Shown piece by piece: positions 55,625 through 64,000 of a stretch of 64,000 nucleotides of DNA. The DNA lies in assembly GCA_030695905.1 (NCBI GenBank), contig JAUYOL010000043.1, positions 64,998 to 128,997 of the forward strand. The letters are read 5' to 3'. The translations under genes and the position numbers were made by a program. The stretch comes from Candidatus Omnitrophota bacterium. GTDB lineage: Bacteria; Omnitrophota; Gorgyraeia; 2-01-FULL-45-10. The notes below the pieces were generated by a model. It had not been told where the DNA came from, made no database searches, and saw only the letters and a list, made by a program, of their open reading frames with translations. Numbering within the stretch: position 1 is the first letter of the stretch; every line of letters begins with the position of its first letter.

Positions 55625-56530
55625 TTATCTTCCCAAAATTTTTGTCAGATACTCCACGCCCCGCCGCAGATCTTCTATGCTTGCAGGGTGATGCGCTTCT
55701 ATTACTTTTATGGTATCTTTACTAATATAAGGCTTCAATACATTAAAATCGAACGTTCCCGCGCCCGGAGCCTTATGGTCATCTATGAGCCCAATTATAT
55801 CATGAAGATGCATGCCAAGCAAGCGGCTTGAAAATTTGCTCAAAAGCTGCAGGTGGCCATAAAACCCCAACCTTTCAAATACTTCCGCATGGCCGACATC
55901 GTGCCAGTAAAATAGTTCTCCGGTCTTAAAATGGCGGAATATTTCCTCAAATTCGTCCATCAGCGGTATTTCGCGGTAGTAGTATCTATTCTCCACAGCG
56001 GGCGCGATGCCTTTTTTGGCGGCATAGGGCACTATATCTTCAAGGCTTTTGATAACCTGCCTCATATGCGGGTCTTTTTTCGCGTCTCTGGCCGATACCA
56101 TCTCTTTTTTTACGCTCTCAAACTTTTCCTTGTCGCCCGCTAAAGAAGCCAGTTCCCTGGTCCTGCCCTGCATCTCTACCCTGCCGATATGGAATACGAC
56201 GGCTCTGGCATCGAACATCTTTGCGTAATCTATCGTATTCATGGCCACTTTTACCGCCATAGCGCGTTCTCCGTCGTCCGTCGAAGAGAGCGAATAATAA
56301 TCGGGAGAGGCTTTTTCGGGCGCTATTTCTACAGGCAGCGGGCACATATTATGAAGGCTCGAGACTTTGATCTCGCCGCGGCGTTTTAATTTTAATATTT
56401 CTTCGACTGTTTTTAGAGGCAGTGTGAAGCCAAGCTCCACGGTATCGAAGCCTGCCGATTTGATCTCATCTATTAGTTTAGCTGCGCTGGAGTGCCTTGA
56501 CGCGTTCCATGAAGTGGAAAGGCTGAACAT
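55625..56530 (-). CDS. xylose-isomerase-like TIM-barrel sugar phosphate isomerase/epimerase
   Basis: 301 aa of AP-endonuclease-2 fold type. Confidence 0.45.
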   Translation of the reverse strand: MFSLSTSWNASRHSSAAKLIDEIKSAGFDTVELGFTLPLKTVEEILKLKRRGEIKVSSLHNMCPLPVEIAPEKASPDYYSLSSTDDGERAMAVKVAMNTIDYAKMFDARAVVFHIGRVEMQGRTRELASLAGDKEKFESVKKEMVSARDAKKDPHMRQVIKSLEDIVPYAAKKGIAPAVENRYYYREIPLMDEFEEIFRHFKTGELFYWHDVGHAEVFERLGFYGHLQLLSKFSSRLLGMHLHDIIGLIDDHKAPGAGTFDFNVLKPYISKDTIKVIEAHHPASIEDLRRGVEYLTKILGR

Positions 56531-56537
56531 TTTGTTT

Positions 56538-59120
56538 TTACTCTGGCTCTATGACTATTTCGGTATATGCGTTTAAGGTAAAGTATTTATTCGCGACTCT
56601 CTTAACATCCTCTTTTGTTACCTTCTTTATCTGGTCCTCATACTTATAGAGATTATCATAGCCCAATCCGTAAAGTTCGTCCAGAGCGCTCTGGAATGAG
56701 TATGAAGTATTTGTCTGCATAAGCATCTTGTAGCTGCTTACCAATTCTTTTTTCGCGGAATTCAATTCTTCTTCCGACACAGCCGTGTCTTTAATAATTT
56801 TTATTTCACCGTAAAGTTTCTCTTTCGACAATTCCAGCTTATCCTTCGTGGTAGCCACATAAAATAAGAAAAAGCCCGTGTCGAGGCCGAGCTTTTGCGC
56901 GCAGCCGAGCGTGTAAGAAGCTCCTGATTTTTCGCGTATCGCGGAAAAGAGCCTTCCTGACATTCCCGATAAGAGCGTATCCAGAACATCCAGCGGATAT
57001 CTGTCCGGATTGCTTATGCCGACGGTCCTGAAGCCCAGAACAAGAAGAGCCTGGTCCCTGTCCATCCCGAAGGACTCTTTTTTTATTTTACCCGGCAACA
57101 TTTCGGGCAATGGCTTCTTTTGTAATTCTCTGGATGGCGCTGACTTAAACAGCGCTTCTACCTTTTGGAATACTTTTTCCGGCTCTATATCCCCGGAAAC
57201 AGAAATAACCATATTGTTCGGCACACAATAGGTATGATAAAAATTGAGCAGTTCGTCCCTTTTGAAAGATGAAATGGTTTCTATTTCTCCGGTGTAACGC
57301 ATACCGTAAGGATGCCCCTCAAAAAGGTTCCTCTTCATCAATAGGCCGCCATATTGAAATATATCGCCGTCTTCATCCCTTATATCCGCGATAGCTAAAA
57401 CTTTTTCTTTTCCTATCTCATCCTGCGGAAATGTTGAATCTAAAATAACATCCTTAGCGATCTCCAACGCGAGGTCGAGGTCGTCTTTAAGCGCCACTAT
57501 GTTGATGCCGAAGCTGTTAAATCCGCTGAACGGCTCGATCTGGCCCCCGCGGTTTTCAATAGCGCCTTTTATATCGGCTTCTTTCCTGCTCTTCGTCCCG
57601 TTAAGCATCATGTCCGCAACAAAAGCGGATATACCGTTATTTTCTTTTGTCTCTATGAGTAATCCTCCGGAGAATACTATCGTTACAGCGACCGCCGGCA
57701 CTTTGGCGCTTCGCCTCGCGAGCACAGTAAGGCCGTTCGGAAGCTTTTTCTTTTCTATCTTCTCTTCGCCGGAAGATTTTGGCACTTTTATATCTTTTAA
57801 TACCGATTCGTCCTTTGGGGTAAGCCTGACTTCGGTAAGATTGTCATTATTAAGATACAACAGAGCCATGCGCCTTATGTCGGATTTCGTAACCTTGTTT
57901 ATGCCTTCTATATAACGATCCGAGAAATCATACACGCCGGTCATTATCTCGCTTTCGCATAAGTCTCTTGCCTGACCCTCAATAGTTTCTTTGGAGAGTA
58001 TATAGTCGCTTAAAAGCATTTTCTTCGCGGTTTCAAGCTCCGAGTCCGTCACGCCTTCATTTTTTATCTTATCTATTTCGCTTAAAACCAGCTTGCTCGA
58101 TTCCTCGATATTATTCTTGTCCAGGATTATGCTTACTATAAAAAGACCAGGATCTTCCGGCGTATAGTTTGACGCAGATATGGAATGGGCTACTCTTCTG
58201 TCTTCAACCAGGGTTTTATTAAAACGCGAGTTGTTCCCACGGCTAAGTATAATCGAAAGCACATCCATAGCGAAGAGGTCTTTACTAAGGATGCCCGTTG
58301 AATGGAACCCCATAGCCATATACGATAACGTCGACGGCGCTTCTTCTTCGATAAGTTTTTTGCCGATCTGCGGCGGCTCAAGTCCGCCGGTATTCGAAGC
58401 CTTGTAATCCGGCTTCCTGAAATCCTTAAACTCTTTCTCTATCAATGCGATAGCATCTTTGCAGTCTACGCCGCCCGCTATCGCGATGACTATATTGTTC
58501 GGTATATATCGGCTGTTGTAATATTTGACCAGATCGTTTCTCGTCAAGCCATTAAGCAGATCTTCGTATCCTATCGCGGGATATCTGTATGGATGCCTTA
58601 TGTATGAATTAAAAAATAGCGTTAGAATGGCCTTCTTCTCGGGGTCATCCTCGCTCATCCTCACTTCTTTTAATATTACATCCCGCTCCCTGTTCATCTC
58701 GACGGGATCGAATGAGGCATTTAAAAGCATATCTTTAAGAAGACGAACCGCCTCGGCAAAATTCTTGGAAGGAACCGTTAACTGATAAGTCGTAAAATCG
58801 CTCGATACCGCGCCGTCGATGAGTCCGCCGTATGACCGGACCTCTTTTTCTATATCGCCCGGTTTTCTTGCGGCGGTGCCTTTAAAGAGCATATGCTCCA
58901 CAAGATGCGATATTCCTGTGCCAAGATACTCCTGCTCGTATTTAGGAGCCGCTCTTACGGCGACATCTATAGTGACCAGGTCTTTGGGCGCAGACTCTTT
59001 CACCAAAACAGTGAGGCCGTTCTTAAGGACTTGCCTTAAAACGGCCTCATTTGCAAAAGTCAAACCCTGCCATAAAATCAGCAGCGGTAGAACCAGAGTA
59101 AAAAATTTAATTCTCTTCAC
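56538..59120 (-). CDS. M16 (pitrilysin) zinc peptidase, tandem-duplicated
   Basis: HLVEHMLFKGT in the first half. 860 aa with a signal peptide. Confidence 0.75.
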   Translation of the reverse strand: MKRIKFFTLVLPLLILWQGLTFANEAVLRQVLKNGLTVLVKESAPKDLVTIDVAVRAAPKYEQEYLGTGISHLVEHMLFKGTAARKPGDIEKEVRSYGGLIDGAVSSDFTTYQLTVPSKNFAEAVRLLKDMLLNASFDPVEMNRERDVILKEVRMSEDDPEKKAILTLFFNSYIRHPYRYPAIGYEDLLNGLTRNDLVKYYNSRYIPNNIVIAIAGGVDCKDAIALIEKEFKDFRKPDYKASNTGGLEPPQIGKKLIEEEAPSTLSYMAMGFHSTGILSKDLFAMDVLSIILSRGNNSRFNKTLVEDRRVAHSISASNYTPEDPGLFIVSIILDKNNIEESSKLVLSEIDKIKNEGVTDSELETAKKMLLSDYILSKETIEGQARDLCESEIMTGVYDFSDRYIEGINKVTKSDIRRMALLYLNNDNLTEVRLTPKDESVLKDIKVPKSSGEEKIEKKKLPNGLTVLARRSAKVPAVAVTIVFSGGLLIETKENNGISAFVADMMLNGTKSRKEADIKGAIENRGGQIEPFSGFNSFGINIVALKDDLDLALEIAKDVILDSTFPQDEIGKEKVLAIADIRDEDGDIFQYGGLLMKRNLFEGHPYGMRYTGEIETISSFKRDELLNFYHTYCVPNNMVISVSGDIEPEKVFQKVEALFKSAPSRELQKKPLPEMLPGKIKKESFGMDRDQALLVLGFRTVGISNPDRYPLDVLDTLLSGMSGRLFSAIREKSGASYTLGCAQKLGLDTGFFLFYVATTKDKLELSKEKLYGEIKIIKDTAVSEEELNSAKKELVSSYKMLMQTNTSYSFQSALDELYGLGYDNLYKYEDQIKKVTKEDVKRVANKYFTLNAYTEIVIEPE

Positions 59121-59284
59121 CGAGATCCCGTCGATCGCTTCTTCCGGCGTTTTCTCTCACTTGGCTTTTCGTAATGTTTTCTCTCTTTGAGAGTTCTTAA
59201 GATGCCTTCGCGTTCGATCTTCTTCTTAAAACGTCGTAAAGCCTTTTCGAGCGGTTCATTCTCGCCAACATTGACTATTGGCAT
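59117..59284 (-). CDS. rpsU: 30S ribosomal protein S21, not in the ORF track
   Basis: Starts [49 protein letters not shown]. Confidence 0.8.
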   Translation of the reverse strand: [55 protein letters not shown]

Positions 59285-59317
59285 TTTTTATCACCCTTTC
59301 TATATAAATTTGATTAT

Positions 59318-60010
59318 TTATTTTATCACGATAGGGCATGCCTTGTCAATCAGAGTAGCAACTTCTTCTAATCTATCGGCTATTATATCTGCGCCCTTAA
59401 GATACTCTTTTGGCAGGCTCGTCGTTATAGCTACGCAGAACATTCCCGCCCTCTTCGCGGAAGTTACGCCGTATGGCGCGTTCTCTATAACCAAACACTC
59501 GGATGGTTTTATCTTAAGGCTCTTTGATGCCTTCAGGTACGGCTCCGGATTTGGCTTGCCCTTTTTAACGCAATCTCCCGTTACTATAAAATCGAATAAC
59601 TTCTCTATCTTTCTGGGGAGTATCTGTTTTACCCCTTCTTTTGTGGTTGCAGTCACTAAACCCAGCGGATACCCTCTCTTTTTCATGCAGATCAAAAATT
59701 CGACCGCGCCTTTAAACACGAATCTTTTAAACCGGTTTTTAAAAAGTTTCTTCCTGGCCAAAAATACTTTTTTAAATATATCTTTCGTGGGGCTTATTCC
59801 GGAACCTTTAAGAAAGTCCATCAGCGACTTTTCCCAATGTTCGCCTTCCCTGGTATATACATCAAAACACTTTACGCTGATGCCCATCGGACGCAGCGCT
59901 TCATACCATGCGAGAAAATGATACGGCATAGAATCGACTATAACACCGTCCATGTCGCATATTATGGCTTTTGGCTTAAAATTTAATTCTTTTACTACTT
60001 TCGCGCCCAT
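59318..60010 (-). CDS. HAD-IA hydrolase (beta-phosphoglucomutase-like)
   Basis: Motif ICDMDGVIVDS. Confidence 0.7.
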   Translation of the reverse strand: MGAKVVKELNFKPKAIICDMDGVIVDSMPYHFLAWYEALRPMGISVKCFDVYTREGEHWEKSLMDFLKGSGISPTKDIFKKVFLARKKLFKNRFKRFVFKGAVEFLICMKKRGYPLGLVTATTKEGVKQILPRKIEKLFDFIVTGDCVKKGKPNPEPYLKASKSLKIKPSECLVIENAPYGVTSAKRAGMFCVAITTSLPKEYLKGADIIADRLEEVATLIDKACPIVIK

Positions 60011-60017
60011 AAAAACC

Positions 60018-60665
60018 TCATTTTTTGAAAGCTATGGTTATATTGAAGGACATCTTAGGCGCGGATATCGCTTTGGGAAGAGCGGAAAACGGAGCTACCG
60101 CCATAAGGCTGGTGCTCGTTATGTGAAGCAATACATTATCCTTGGTCGATCTCGCCCGGTCTATACTATATGTCAGAAGCGCCCCTCTGTCATTCAACAC
60201 AAAGGATAGGTAGACGTCACCTTCTCCGTTATAATATCTGTAATTATCCTGCAGCCTCGCCCTTATCCTGTCCTTCAAATATCCGTAGTAGCTTATGTAA
60301 TCCTTGCTCGATTTTATTTCCGATTCTTTTCTATCCGCCGCTTTTATGTTTTTTAAATCATCCTTCTTTACAGCTCTGTCCGTCTTTCGCTTGTAATACG
60401 ACTTATCGTGTTTGGCCTGTACTGTCCGTGGCGCGGAAGATTTTTGTATTTCAGGCTTTGGCGCCTCCCGCACTGCGACATCTTCTTTATTGGATGTATT
60501 GGCTATTGTGATATTACTGATCTGGCTTAATATCATGTAGTCCACTATTACGGGGTCTTTTCTGACAAAATCACTCCTGATAAGGCTGTGGGTGTAAAGC
60601 GGCGCGGCTATAGCGGTATGTATTATCCCGGAGATTATAAATGCGCTTCTTAGTCCCATATCCAT
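60018..60665 (-). CDS. TonB-like energy transducer
   Basis: N-terminal TM segment and a C-terminal TonB fold. Confidence 0.5.
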   Translation of the reverse strand: MDMGLRSAFIISGIIHTAIAAPLYTHSLIRSDFVRKDPVIVDYMILSQISNITIANTSNKEDVAVREAPKPEIQKSSAPRTVQAKHDKSYYKRKTDRAVKKDDLKNIKAADRKESEIKSSKDYISYYGYLKDRIRARLQDNYRYYNGEGDVYLSFVLNDRGALLTYSIDRARSTKDNVLLHITSTSLMAVAPFSALPKAISAPKMSFNITIAFKK

Positions 60666-60689
60666 ACAAGTGAGTATAGATTAACGGGG

Positions 60690-61514
60690 TCAGGATGTCA
60701 ATAGTCCATAACCACGCGGCGTGATCATAAACCCGCCCTTTAGATAAGTTTTGGAATTACCGACTATGATAGTTGTTGCCATATTTATTTTTTCGGACGA
60801 TATCAATCTCTCTAAGGTAGTGACTACGACTTCCTGATTATCTCTGTAGGCATTTTGCACAATACCCACAGGCGTTTGCGGTGATTTATATTTTAACAAT
60901 ATCTCGCAGGCCTTTTGGAAAGGAATGATTCTTTTGGTGCTCTTAGGATTATAGAGCGCAATAACAAAATCAGCCTTCGCGGCTAATTCGACTCTTCTTT
61001 TAATCAACTTCAAATCAGTTAAAAGATCGCTTAACGAGATGACTGCAAAATCATGCATTAAAGGCGCTCCCAAAAGGGCCGCGCAAGATGTGGCGGCAAT
61101 GATACCGGGAATAATTTCAATCTCAATCCTGTTCAGGTCATCTTTCTTTAAAAGTTCCAAGACCAAACCAGCCATCCCATAAACGCCGGGATCGCCGCTT
61201 GAAATAATAGAGACCCTTTTACCCCTTCGGGCATTCTCTATAGCGCGCTTTGCCCTCTTGACCTCTTCAGTCATGCCTGAAAAGATAACCTCTTTACCGC
61301 GGGCCAGATCACCGAGCAGCCTCACATAGGTTTTATATCCGACAAGAACCTGGGATTCCTCTATGGCCTTCCGGGCGCATTGGCTCATATGCTTTATATG
61401 TCCCGGCCCTATACCGACTATCTTTAGGCTTCCCTTACTACCGCTATGGTAACTCTGCCGATTATCGTTTTTGGCAAAATTAATTTTGGACTTTTTGCTA
61501 CAATTAGCGCACAA
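60690..61514 (-). CDS. cbiH: cobalt-precorrin-3B C17-methyltransferase
   Basis: Segment LKIVGIGPGH...VLVGYKTY. The only in-frame ATG overlaps cbiG by 90 nt. Confidence 0.7.
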   Translation of the reverse strand: MCANCSKKSKINFAKNDNRQSYHSGSKGSLKIVGIGPGHIKHMSQCARKAIEESQVLVGYKTYVRLLGDLARGKEVIFSGMTEEVKRAKRAIENARRGKRVSIISSGDPGVYGMAGLVLELLKKDDLNRIEIEIIPGIIAATSCAALLGAPLMHDFAVISLSDLLTDLKLIKRRVELAAKADFVIALYNPKSTKRIIPFQKACEILLKYKSPQTPVGIVQNAYRDNQEVVVTTLERLISSEKINMATTIIVGNSKTYLKGGFMITPRGYGLLTS

Positions 61515-62206
61515 GGCTCGCTCACCCCCTCAATGCCGATCTTTTCTTTTACAAAGGACGATCTTTTATACGTTCCGTTAAATTTTTTTATCAACTCCGC
61601 AGGCACGATCCTTAATGGAATCCCTAACTCTGCGCATGCATCTTGCAGGCCCCGCTCATTTTGTTTTAAATCTATAGTGGCGATATACCTAACTCTATTT
61701 ATCGGATGCCCGGTTTTAGTCAAAGCATATCGTACCGCCTTTACAATCTCTCCCTTTTTTATGCCTCGCCTGCAGCCCACGCCGATTACTATATTACGTT
61801 TTGACTCCGAAGCCGTGGTAACAACCGGTTCCGCGCCTAAACTATTAGCAACCATGATGGCAAGGTTGTTTGCTCCACCCTCATGGCCTGATAACAGGCT
61901 GATCGCAAAACGTCCCCCCTCATCAACCACAACTATTGCCGGATCGGTATATTTATCCTTTATGTAGGCAGCGATAATCCTGACCACAATGCCCGTAGCC
62001 ATACAAAATATGATTCCATCAAATTCGGAAAAGAGTTTTTTCGTTAAATCTTTTAGCCTGCCCTTCGACGACAAGATATGTACTTCGGATCCTAAGATAT
62101 TTTTTTTAATCTCCAGGGCTGTGTTTTTGCCTTTTTTAGTTATTGCGACAATGGCTACCTTCACTATCCCCCTTCTTCCTGAACATGTGGTCAAAATCTT
62201 TATCAT
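61424..62206 (-). CDS. cbiG: cobalt-precorrin-5A hydrolase
   Basis: CbiG N- and C-terminal domains. Start uncertain. Confidence 0.65.
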   Translation of the reverse strand: MIKILTTCSGRRGIVKVAIVAITKKGKNTALEIKKNILGSEVHILSSKGRLKDLTKKLFSEFDGIIFCMATGIVVRIIAAYIKDKYTDPAIVVVDEGGRFAISLLSGHEGGANNLAIMVANSLGAEPVVTTASESKRNIVIGVGCRRGIKKGEIVKAVRYALTKTGHPINRVRYIATIDLKQNERGLQDACAELGIPLRIVPAELIKKFNGTYKRSSFVKEKIGIEGVSEPCALIVAKSPKLILPKTIIGRVTIAVVREA

Positions 62207-62918
62207 ATAGTTTAGATTTTTGATAATTTTTTCTCAGGACATCCCCAACAATAATCAAGGCCTGGCGCGTAATACCTGCCTCTTTAACTTTTTTTGCGAT
62301 ATCCCGCAATGTACCTATTATTTTTCTCTCTTGGGGAAAAGAGGCTTTTTCTATCACGGCAACCGGAGTATTTAACCCATAACCGTCCTTCAGTTTCCTT
62401 ATAACACGCTCTATTTCCTGAATACTCAGGAAAATCACCATTGTAGCTCTTGCCTTGGACAACTTTCGCAAATCTTCTTTAGCGGGTACTTTGGTCCTGC
62501 CTGAAACCCTTGTTAATATTATTGTCTGGCTCACCCCTGGAAGCGTAAGCTCCTGCTTTAAGCTTGCGGCCGCTGCCTGAAAAGAACTCACCCCGGGAAT
62601 AACAGAATAATCTATCTTCTGTTTCTGACACCAATCCATCTGCTCCTGGATCGCGCCATAGATCGACGGGTCGCCGCTATGAATTCTGGCCACTATCTTA
62701 TTGGTTGATTTCGCTTTTTTGATTAGGCATAATACATCTTCGAGGCTCATCGCGCTCGAATCGTAAAGCCTCGCGCCTTTTTTGGCCGGTTTAATGATAT
62801 CCTTATTTATTAATGAGCCGGCGTAAATAATAATATCCGCCTTCTTAATTATCTTTCCTGCCTTTATAGTCAGGAGTTCCGGATCGCCCGGCCCAGCACC
62901 TATAAAATATATTTTCAT
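62136..62918 (-). CDS. cbiF: cobalt-precorrin-4 C11-methyltransferase
   Basis: Starts MKIYFIGAGPGDPELLTIKA. Confidence 0.8.
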   Translation of the reverse strand: MKIYFIGAGPGDPELLTIKAGKIIKKADIIIYAGSLINKDIIKPAKKGARLYDSSAMSLEDVLCLIKKAKSTNKIVARIHSGDPSIYGAIQEQMDWCQKQKIDYSVIPGVSSFQAAAASLKQELTLPGVSQTIILTRVSGRTKVPAKEDLRKLSKARATMVIFLSIQEIERVIRKLKDGYGLNTPVAVIEKASFPQERKIIGTLRDIAKKVKEAGITRQALIIVGDVLRKNYQKSKLYDKDFDHMFRKKGDSEGSHCRNN

Positions 62919-63655
62919 ATTATATTATCCACATTCCGCTTTACTATGATTACGGAAAGGTATCCTGCCTTCTTATCTTTTAAAGAAGAAAGGTCGCATA
63001 CTATCCTTTCGCCCGCCTGACCGGCATGACTAACCAGGACTGAATTTTTTATAAGTTTCATTTCCTTCAAAAGACAAATTACTCTGTCAAGTTTTGAGCC
63101 GACTTTCATTAAAACCACTGTGTCAAATTCTTTTAATGTCTTTTTTAATCCTGCAAGATTCTTTGTCACCGGTAATATGGCCAGTCTCTCATTCCCTTTT
63201 ACAAGCGGCAGGCCGCTGGAAGCCGCCGCGGCACTAAACGCGCTGATCCCAGGGACAGTCTCTACCCTTATGTCTGGAAAATTTTTACGTAAAGTCTCTA
63301 AAAGATAGATGTATGTGCTATAAATAAACGGATCCCCTATTGTGACAAATGCGGCTATTCGATCTTTTTTTAACTCTTTGGCTATTTTTTCAGCCGCGCC
63401 CAGCCAGCTTGACTTTAGCTTTTTTCGATCCTTCGTCATTGGGAAAGTAAGCTCAATAAAATTTTTTGACCCCGGAACAGCCGCTTCCACTATAGATCGG
63501 GCGCACGACCTTTCGCCATCTTTTGCTCTTGGAGTAAAGATGATATTAACCTTATCCAATATCTCCATTGCCTTTACGGTAAGCAGTTTCGGATCTCCCG
63601 GACCTATACCCACTCCATAAAGCCTGCAGGCTATTTTTTTATAATCATTGCGCAT
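62915..63655 (-). CDS. cbiL: cobalt-precorrin-2 C20-methyltransferase
   Basis: Segment LYGVGIGPGDPKLLTVKA. Confidence 0.8.
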   Translation of the reverse strand: MRNDYKKIACRLYGVGIGPGDPKLLTVKAMEILDKVNIIFTPRAKDGERSCARSIVEAAVPGSKNFIELTFPMTKDRKKLKSSWLGAAEKIAKELKKDRIAAFVTIGDPFIYSTYIYLLETLRKNFPDIRVETVPGISAFSAAAASSGLPLVKGNERLAILPVTKNLAGLKKTLKEFDTVVLMKVGSKLDRVICLLKEMKLIKNSVLVSHAGQAGERIVCDLSSLKDKKAGYLSVIIVKRNVDNII

Positions 63656-64000
63656 AACCCGAACCCCCTCTTACTTGACAATCCTTTTAGATCGGTATCG
63701 ACGATTCTCTCATTTGGATATGTAAGGGCTTCGAAGACAACCGCCCTTCTATTTTTAACGCCATTATGCAGTAAATAGTCAGCTATTTTCCCGGGAGGAA
63801 ATTTCATATCAGTGAATAAAAAGACTTTGTCGGAACTCTTGACATCCCTGACTAAATTCCCCTTTCCTCTGCCGTGTATACTGATGATCTTCGCATCCTG
63901 CCAGCTCTCGCCAATCTTAGCAAAAGCGATCTGCAGGGTGCTTATGCCGGGGATTACCGCGTATTCTTCTTTCTTTAAAGCCGTCCTAATAGCGCCCAGG
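63631..64000 (-). CDS. cbiE: cobalt-precorrin-7 C5-methyltransferase CbiE (C-terminal part, gene continues beyond the window end)
   Basis: Translation ...IISIHGRGKGNL...; the stop overlaps the cbiL start. Confidence 0.55.
   Translation of the reverse strand, partial: LGAIRTALKKEEYAVIPGISTLQIAFAKIGESWQDAKIISIHGRGKGNLVRDVKSSDKVFLFTDMKFPPGKIADYLLHNGVKNRRAVVFEALTYPNERIVDTDLKGLSSKRGFGLCAMIIKK

Noticed and set aside
1-64000. CRISPR arrays, transposases, integrases, prophage genes
   Set aside because: No direct-repeat/spacer arrays and no IS or phage-like ORFs were found. The tRNA-Gly has no adjacent integrase.

Overview
This 64-kb window (about 45% GC) comes from a diderm, probably anaerobic bacterium. 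Diderm is indicated by an outer-membrane beta-barrel, a TonB-like protein, a GspA/GspB pair, an entericidin-like lipoprotein and LysM-M23 lipoproteins. Anaerobic lifestyle is suggested by anaerobic-pathway cbi genes, a radical-SAM enzyme and a DUF362-ferredoxin. Coding strand bias is extreme: about 100 genes lie on the minus strand and only the ExeA/GspB-like pair (21421..22787) is on the plus strand.

Content, in order:
- 1..8567: a nitrogen-assimilation island. It holds a type III glutamine synthetase N-terminus, a tandem duplicated glnK-amtB pair, a small HTH ORF, an outer-membrane porin-like protein, an ECF-type sigma factor, glutamine-dependent NAD synthetase and a GAF-ANTAR regulator.
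- 9549..31441: a dense c-di-GMP effector neighbourhood, with six PilZ proteins including a STAS-PilZ fusion, a GAF-HD-GYP phosphodiesterase and YajQ.
- Housekeeping genes: def, panD, cspA, aroB, aroQ, accBC, pfkA, thiC, gmhA/rfaE2, rpsU, dgt, a thyA-like gene and tRNA-Gly(CCC).
- A RelE/Phd toxin-antitoxin pair with a perfect palindromic operator.
- A UvrD helicase / PD-(D/E)xK nuclease fusion.
- 60690..64000: an anaerobic cobalamin cluster, cbiE-L-F-G-H.

The most interesting signal is a previously unrecognised, thrice-repeated 31-nt DNA motif. Each copy is followed 11-13 nt later by a small hairpin with an AWWGTW hexaloop. The copies sit upstream of the three nitrogen transcription units (glnN, amtB1-glnK1, porin-HTH-amtB2-glnK2). 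Each unit also carries an intrinsic-terminator-like hairpin in its 5' leader, immediately before the RBS. Together these suggest a dedicated promoter/attenuation system, possibly served by the adjacent ECF sigma factor and/or the GAF-ANTAR protein.

Several short genes missing from the ORF track were recovered by hand: an entericidin-like lipoprotein, Trm112, rpsU, a 59-aa HTH protein, a 42-aa Cys-rich mini-protein and the tRNA. A roughly 200-nt GC-rich structured RNA candidate was also found.
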